Below are positions 61,511 through 64,000 of a stretch of DNA of 64,000 bases, piece after piece. Under the pieces are notes generated by a model, which did not search any database, had not been told where the DNA came from, and worked only from the letters and a program-made list of their open reading frames with translations. The stretch is from the NCBI GenBank assembly GCA_963743635.1, contig CAVUQO010000003.1, forward strand, positions 640,001 through 704,000, written 5' to 3'. Made by a program: the position numbers and the translations under genes. This stretch comes from Candidatus Babeliales bacterium. Lineage in GTDB: Bacteria > Babelota > Babeliae > Babelales > Vermiphilaceae. Each line of letters opens with the position of its first letter. Position 1 is the first letter of the stretch.

Positions 61511-61755
61511 ACTCCGCATCCTTCGTCACATTTTTCATGTCACGCAAGACGTGAACATGAAAAATACTCAGGACGATCGGAGGAGAGGGTGGTTTTTTAG
61601 ATGAAAGCACCTCATTACTATAGGTATAAATTTATTATATATTTCCTTATAACAGAGTATTACTTCCACAATACATCAAATTTTTTCTCCGATCGTCCTG
61701 GGTGTTCTGAGAGCGAATGTAATGAGCACGAGGAACGTGACGAAGGATGCGGAGT
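61511..61755. repeat. inverted doublet of REP-like family A
   Basis: 61511-61582 ACTCCGCATCCTTCGTCAC...CTCAGGACGATCGGAG and inverted 61687-61755. Confidence 0.85.
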
Positions 61756-61780
61756 AAAATGGCGTGCGATATTTCTAAAT

Positions 61781-61814
61781 AAAAAAGCCCCCGACTTTCA
61801 TCGAGGGCTTTTTT
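61781..61814 (-). terminator. terminator downstream of paralog 6
   Basis: AAAAAAGCCCCCGA-CTTTCA-TCGAGGGCTTTTTT; homologous to 57232-57265 and its flank. Confidence 0.75.
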
Positions 61815-61843
61815 ATTTATGTGCGGTACATTATGTACCGACT

Positions 61844-61893
61844 GCGTCCGGCATAGTTTGCCGAGCCCGAAGGCCCGGATAAACGACGACGGA
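61844..61893 (-). repeat. REP-like element (family B) directly after the paralog 6 stop
   Basis: Minus strand CGTTTATCCGGGCCTTCGGGCTCGGCAAACTATGCCG matches the copy after grpE. Confidence 0.65.
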
Positions 61894-64000
61894 TCAATTG
61901 TATGATGTACCAATCTTGAACCAGATGCCCCATTGGCTGAGTGCGCAATCTATACAATTGGTTGGAGCTGGAGCACGTCGTGGAAGGCCAACGCATGGTG
62001 TAGTATCGCATGCTTGAGTTGGATAGCTATTGGAACTTGTTGCGCACGGGTTACAAGTAGAAGGGCATGGATTGCAGGTTGAGCTGCAGCTACTGCTTGA
62101 TTCCGTTTTGCATTTGATTGGATAGCAACCGCTTTCAGTTGCGCCAAATTCAATTTCACCGCCCAAGGTTACATATGGAGTCCAAGTTTCATTAGAGCAC
62201 CATTTCCAAGTGAAGTTCGTGAATGCCTTGTTAGAGGTACCGCGAGTTCCGGTGAGATCGAAATCACTTTCTTGGATGAAAATAGGTGGGTTAGAATCGT
62301 ACATTACGGCAGAACCTGCAGCAGGAGGAGTAGATGGTAGCGTCCACACAGCATTCTGATTGTTAGTCTTATCAAGCGAAGCATTATCTGCAAATGCGTT
62401 TACAGCATCTACTGGATTTACTGGAGTGTAATCAATGTTGTTGTACATATTTGAACCACTATAGATGGTAGCGCGGCTATCAGTTGCAGGAATCTTGAGT
62501 GCTACAATATCCGCTGGCGGCCTTGTAACTGAAGGAGGCACGAGTGCAAAGCCATAGACTCGTTGGTCACCCTTGAGTGCCCAATTGCCGACACTGCTTT
62601 CTTGCACTGGGCAACAGCGCTGAATGCAAAGATCTTCACACGTTCTTCCCCAGAAGTTGTAACCAATATCCCATTGGAAACCTTCTGATTGGTACGTAGC
62701 GGTCACGGCGATATCACCTTGTACCGCGATAGTGCTGTACACTGCGCGTTGAGTAATGTTTGCAACTGGTGCATACACATTACCAAATTCTAAGCCAGAC
62801 GGGTTATATTCAGTACTAATTGCTGGAGAGCTGTTGCGGTTTGATTCGAGATACTGAGCTAACATATAGCGGCTATTGCTGCCTGCTGAATCAAGATCAA
62901 AGCAACGGATTTGGCTTGCGGCAAAAAGGTGAGTTGCATTTGCTTCAAGATAAATGCCACCACTCTTAGAATCATCTTGGCTATTCCAGAAGATATAGTG
63001 AGCAGTTACTTGAGCACCAAGTTCCCAGTGCTTACCGTTACCAATGATTGGTTCAAATAAGTAGCGCCCTTGATCGCCATCGCAGCCATCTTGTTTTCCG
63101 ATGCTCGTGCCTGTTGGCGCCGCTGCATAGATACCAAGACCAACATGATATTGTTCTTCTTCATCATTCAAGAAGTTCCAACCAAGCACTGCACGAAGTT
63201 CACCAAAACCATTGCGCGTTAATGAACCGTCTTCACAATCATTCGAAATTCTGCTATTGCAGAGTGATTGCCAAGTGATGTTGCCGAGTGATGTACAACC
63301 ACACGGGCCCTCAACATCGGGTGTGCAAATGGTATTGAGACAAGCATACTCAGCAGTTGAATCAAAATCATTATTGATTGTTGGAACACAACCATTGGCA
63401 TAGTTCAAGAAGCCCTTATTCATGTTTGTGATAGGCACTGCGTTGCTTGAGAAGTAGCCTTGGAAGTATGCACCATTCGCTGCAGTTCCTGGAGATGTAA
63501 CGGTTTCTCTTGCATTCAAGTTCCATTTAGTATGTACAAATGGGCCATGAATTCTGAAATATAAACCATCAATCCAAGAATCAAGACCAGCATAGAAACT
63601 GAAATCGATGAGGAAGTTACTGATTGTCGGTTTAAAAGTTACAGTACTTTGGAAATCACGTGGTAATCCAAAATAATCACCCAACCATTCGTTCCATGCT
63701 CTATCAGGAACAGCAGAACCACTGATCTTGATAGCTAGATCATCACATTCACCGCAGACTACCGCATCACCAAAGAGACTTTGTGTCAGGCGATTGTCTC
63801 TAAATGTTTTGGTATAGGCAAACGTTGCATTGAAGCTGGCATAGTAATCATCTTGAGGATAACGGTTGATGCCCCAGTTTGGATTGTTCCAGCCAACCAT
63901 TTGGCGAGCAGCGTCGAAACTTTGTGAACGGGGAACGATTTTAGTTGTAGTGCCTGCAATACCAAAGAGGTTGCCCGCGCTGATAAGCGCAGTCAGGCAG
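61894..64000 (-). CDS. Cys-rich beta-barrel-like surface protein paralog 6, 5' end outside window
   Basis: Frame open to the window edge (AGTTTKIVPRSQSFDAARQMVGW); ends CALSQWGIWFKIGTSYN. Confidence 0.82.
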   Translation of the reverse strand, partial: CLTALISAGNLFGIAGTTTKIVPRSQSFDAARQMVGWNNPNWGINRYPQDDYYASFNATFAYTKTFRDNRLTQSLFGDAVVCGECDDLAIKISGSAVPDRAWNEWLGDYFGLPRDFQSTVTFKPTISNFLIDFSFYAGLDSWIDGLYFRIHGPFVHTKWNLNARETVTSPGTAANGAYFQGYFSSNAVPITNMNKGFLNYANGCVPTINNDFDSTAEYACLNTICTPDVEGPCGCTSLGNITWQSLCNSRISNDCEDGSLTRNGFGELRAVLGWNFLNDEEEQYHVGLGIYAAAPTGTSIGKQDGCDGDQGRYLFEPIIGNGKHWELGAQVTAHYIFWNSQDDSKSGGIYLEANATHLFAASQIRCFDLDSAGSNSRYMLAQYLESNRNSSPAISTEYNPSGLEFGNVYAPVANITQRAVYSTIAVQGDIAVTATYQSEGFQWDIGYNFWGRTCEDLCIQRCCPVQESSVGNWALKGDQRVYGFALVPPSVTRPPADIVALKIPATDSRATIYSGSNMYNNIDYTPVNPVDAVNAFADNASLDKTNNQNAVWTLPSTPPAAGSAVMYDSNPPIFIQESDFDLTGTRGTSNKAFTNFTWKWCSNETWTPYVTLGGEIEFGATESGCYPIKCKTESSSSCSSTCNPCPSTCNPCATSSNSYPTQACDTTPCVGLPRRAPAPTNCIDCALSQWGIWFKIGTSYN

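Overview
Bacterial chromosomal window. The gene content (signal-peptide-bearing WD40, ankyrin and LRR proteins, a large family of Cys-rich beta-barrel-like proteins, reduced lipid genes) suggests an intracellular parasite of protists, most likely Candidatus Dependentiae/Babelota (TM6). That assignment is inference, not a database result. Housekeeping genes: mnmA, a pgsA-like gene, ssb, grpE, SulP, a Mn/Zn ABC operon, lepA, gyrA, dprA, rpmF, plsX, gltX, a fabD-like gene and acpP. Several are broken by indels that cluster in three blocks and look like assembly errors. Main observations: (1) three tandem secreted proteins fuse a Skp1-like domain to a hypervariable WD40 propeller, a candidate one-chain SCF ubiquitin-ligase adaptor mimic; (2) the Mn/Zn ABC operon was hit twice by insertions that duplicate the last ~45-56 bp of a gene, one carrying the WD40 cassettes and the other a 5.7-kb island encoding a Zn-ribbon-repeat/SF2 helicase/RRP8-like methyltransferase fusion; (3) a family of REP-like palindromes with swappable internal hairpins forms inverted doublets, one directly behind a small GIY-YIG nuclease gene; (4) several signal peptides end so that the mature protein would start M-[D/E/N/Q], in one case exposing a mitochondrial-presequence-like segment; (5) an ~18-kb surface locus holds six Cys-rich beta-barrel-like paralogs plus three fibre/beta-helix proteins. 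No rRNA, tRNA, CRISPR array, integrase or transposase was recognised.
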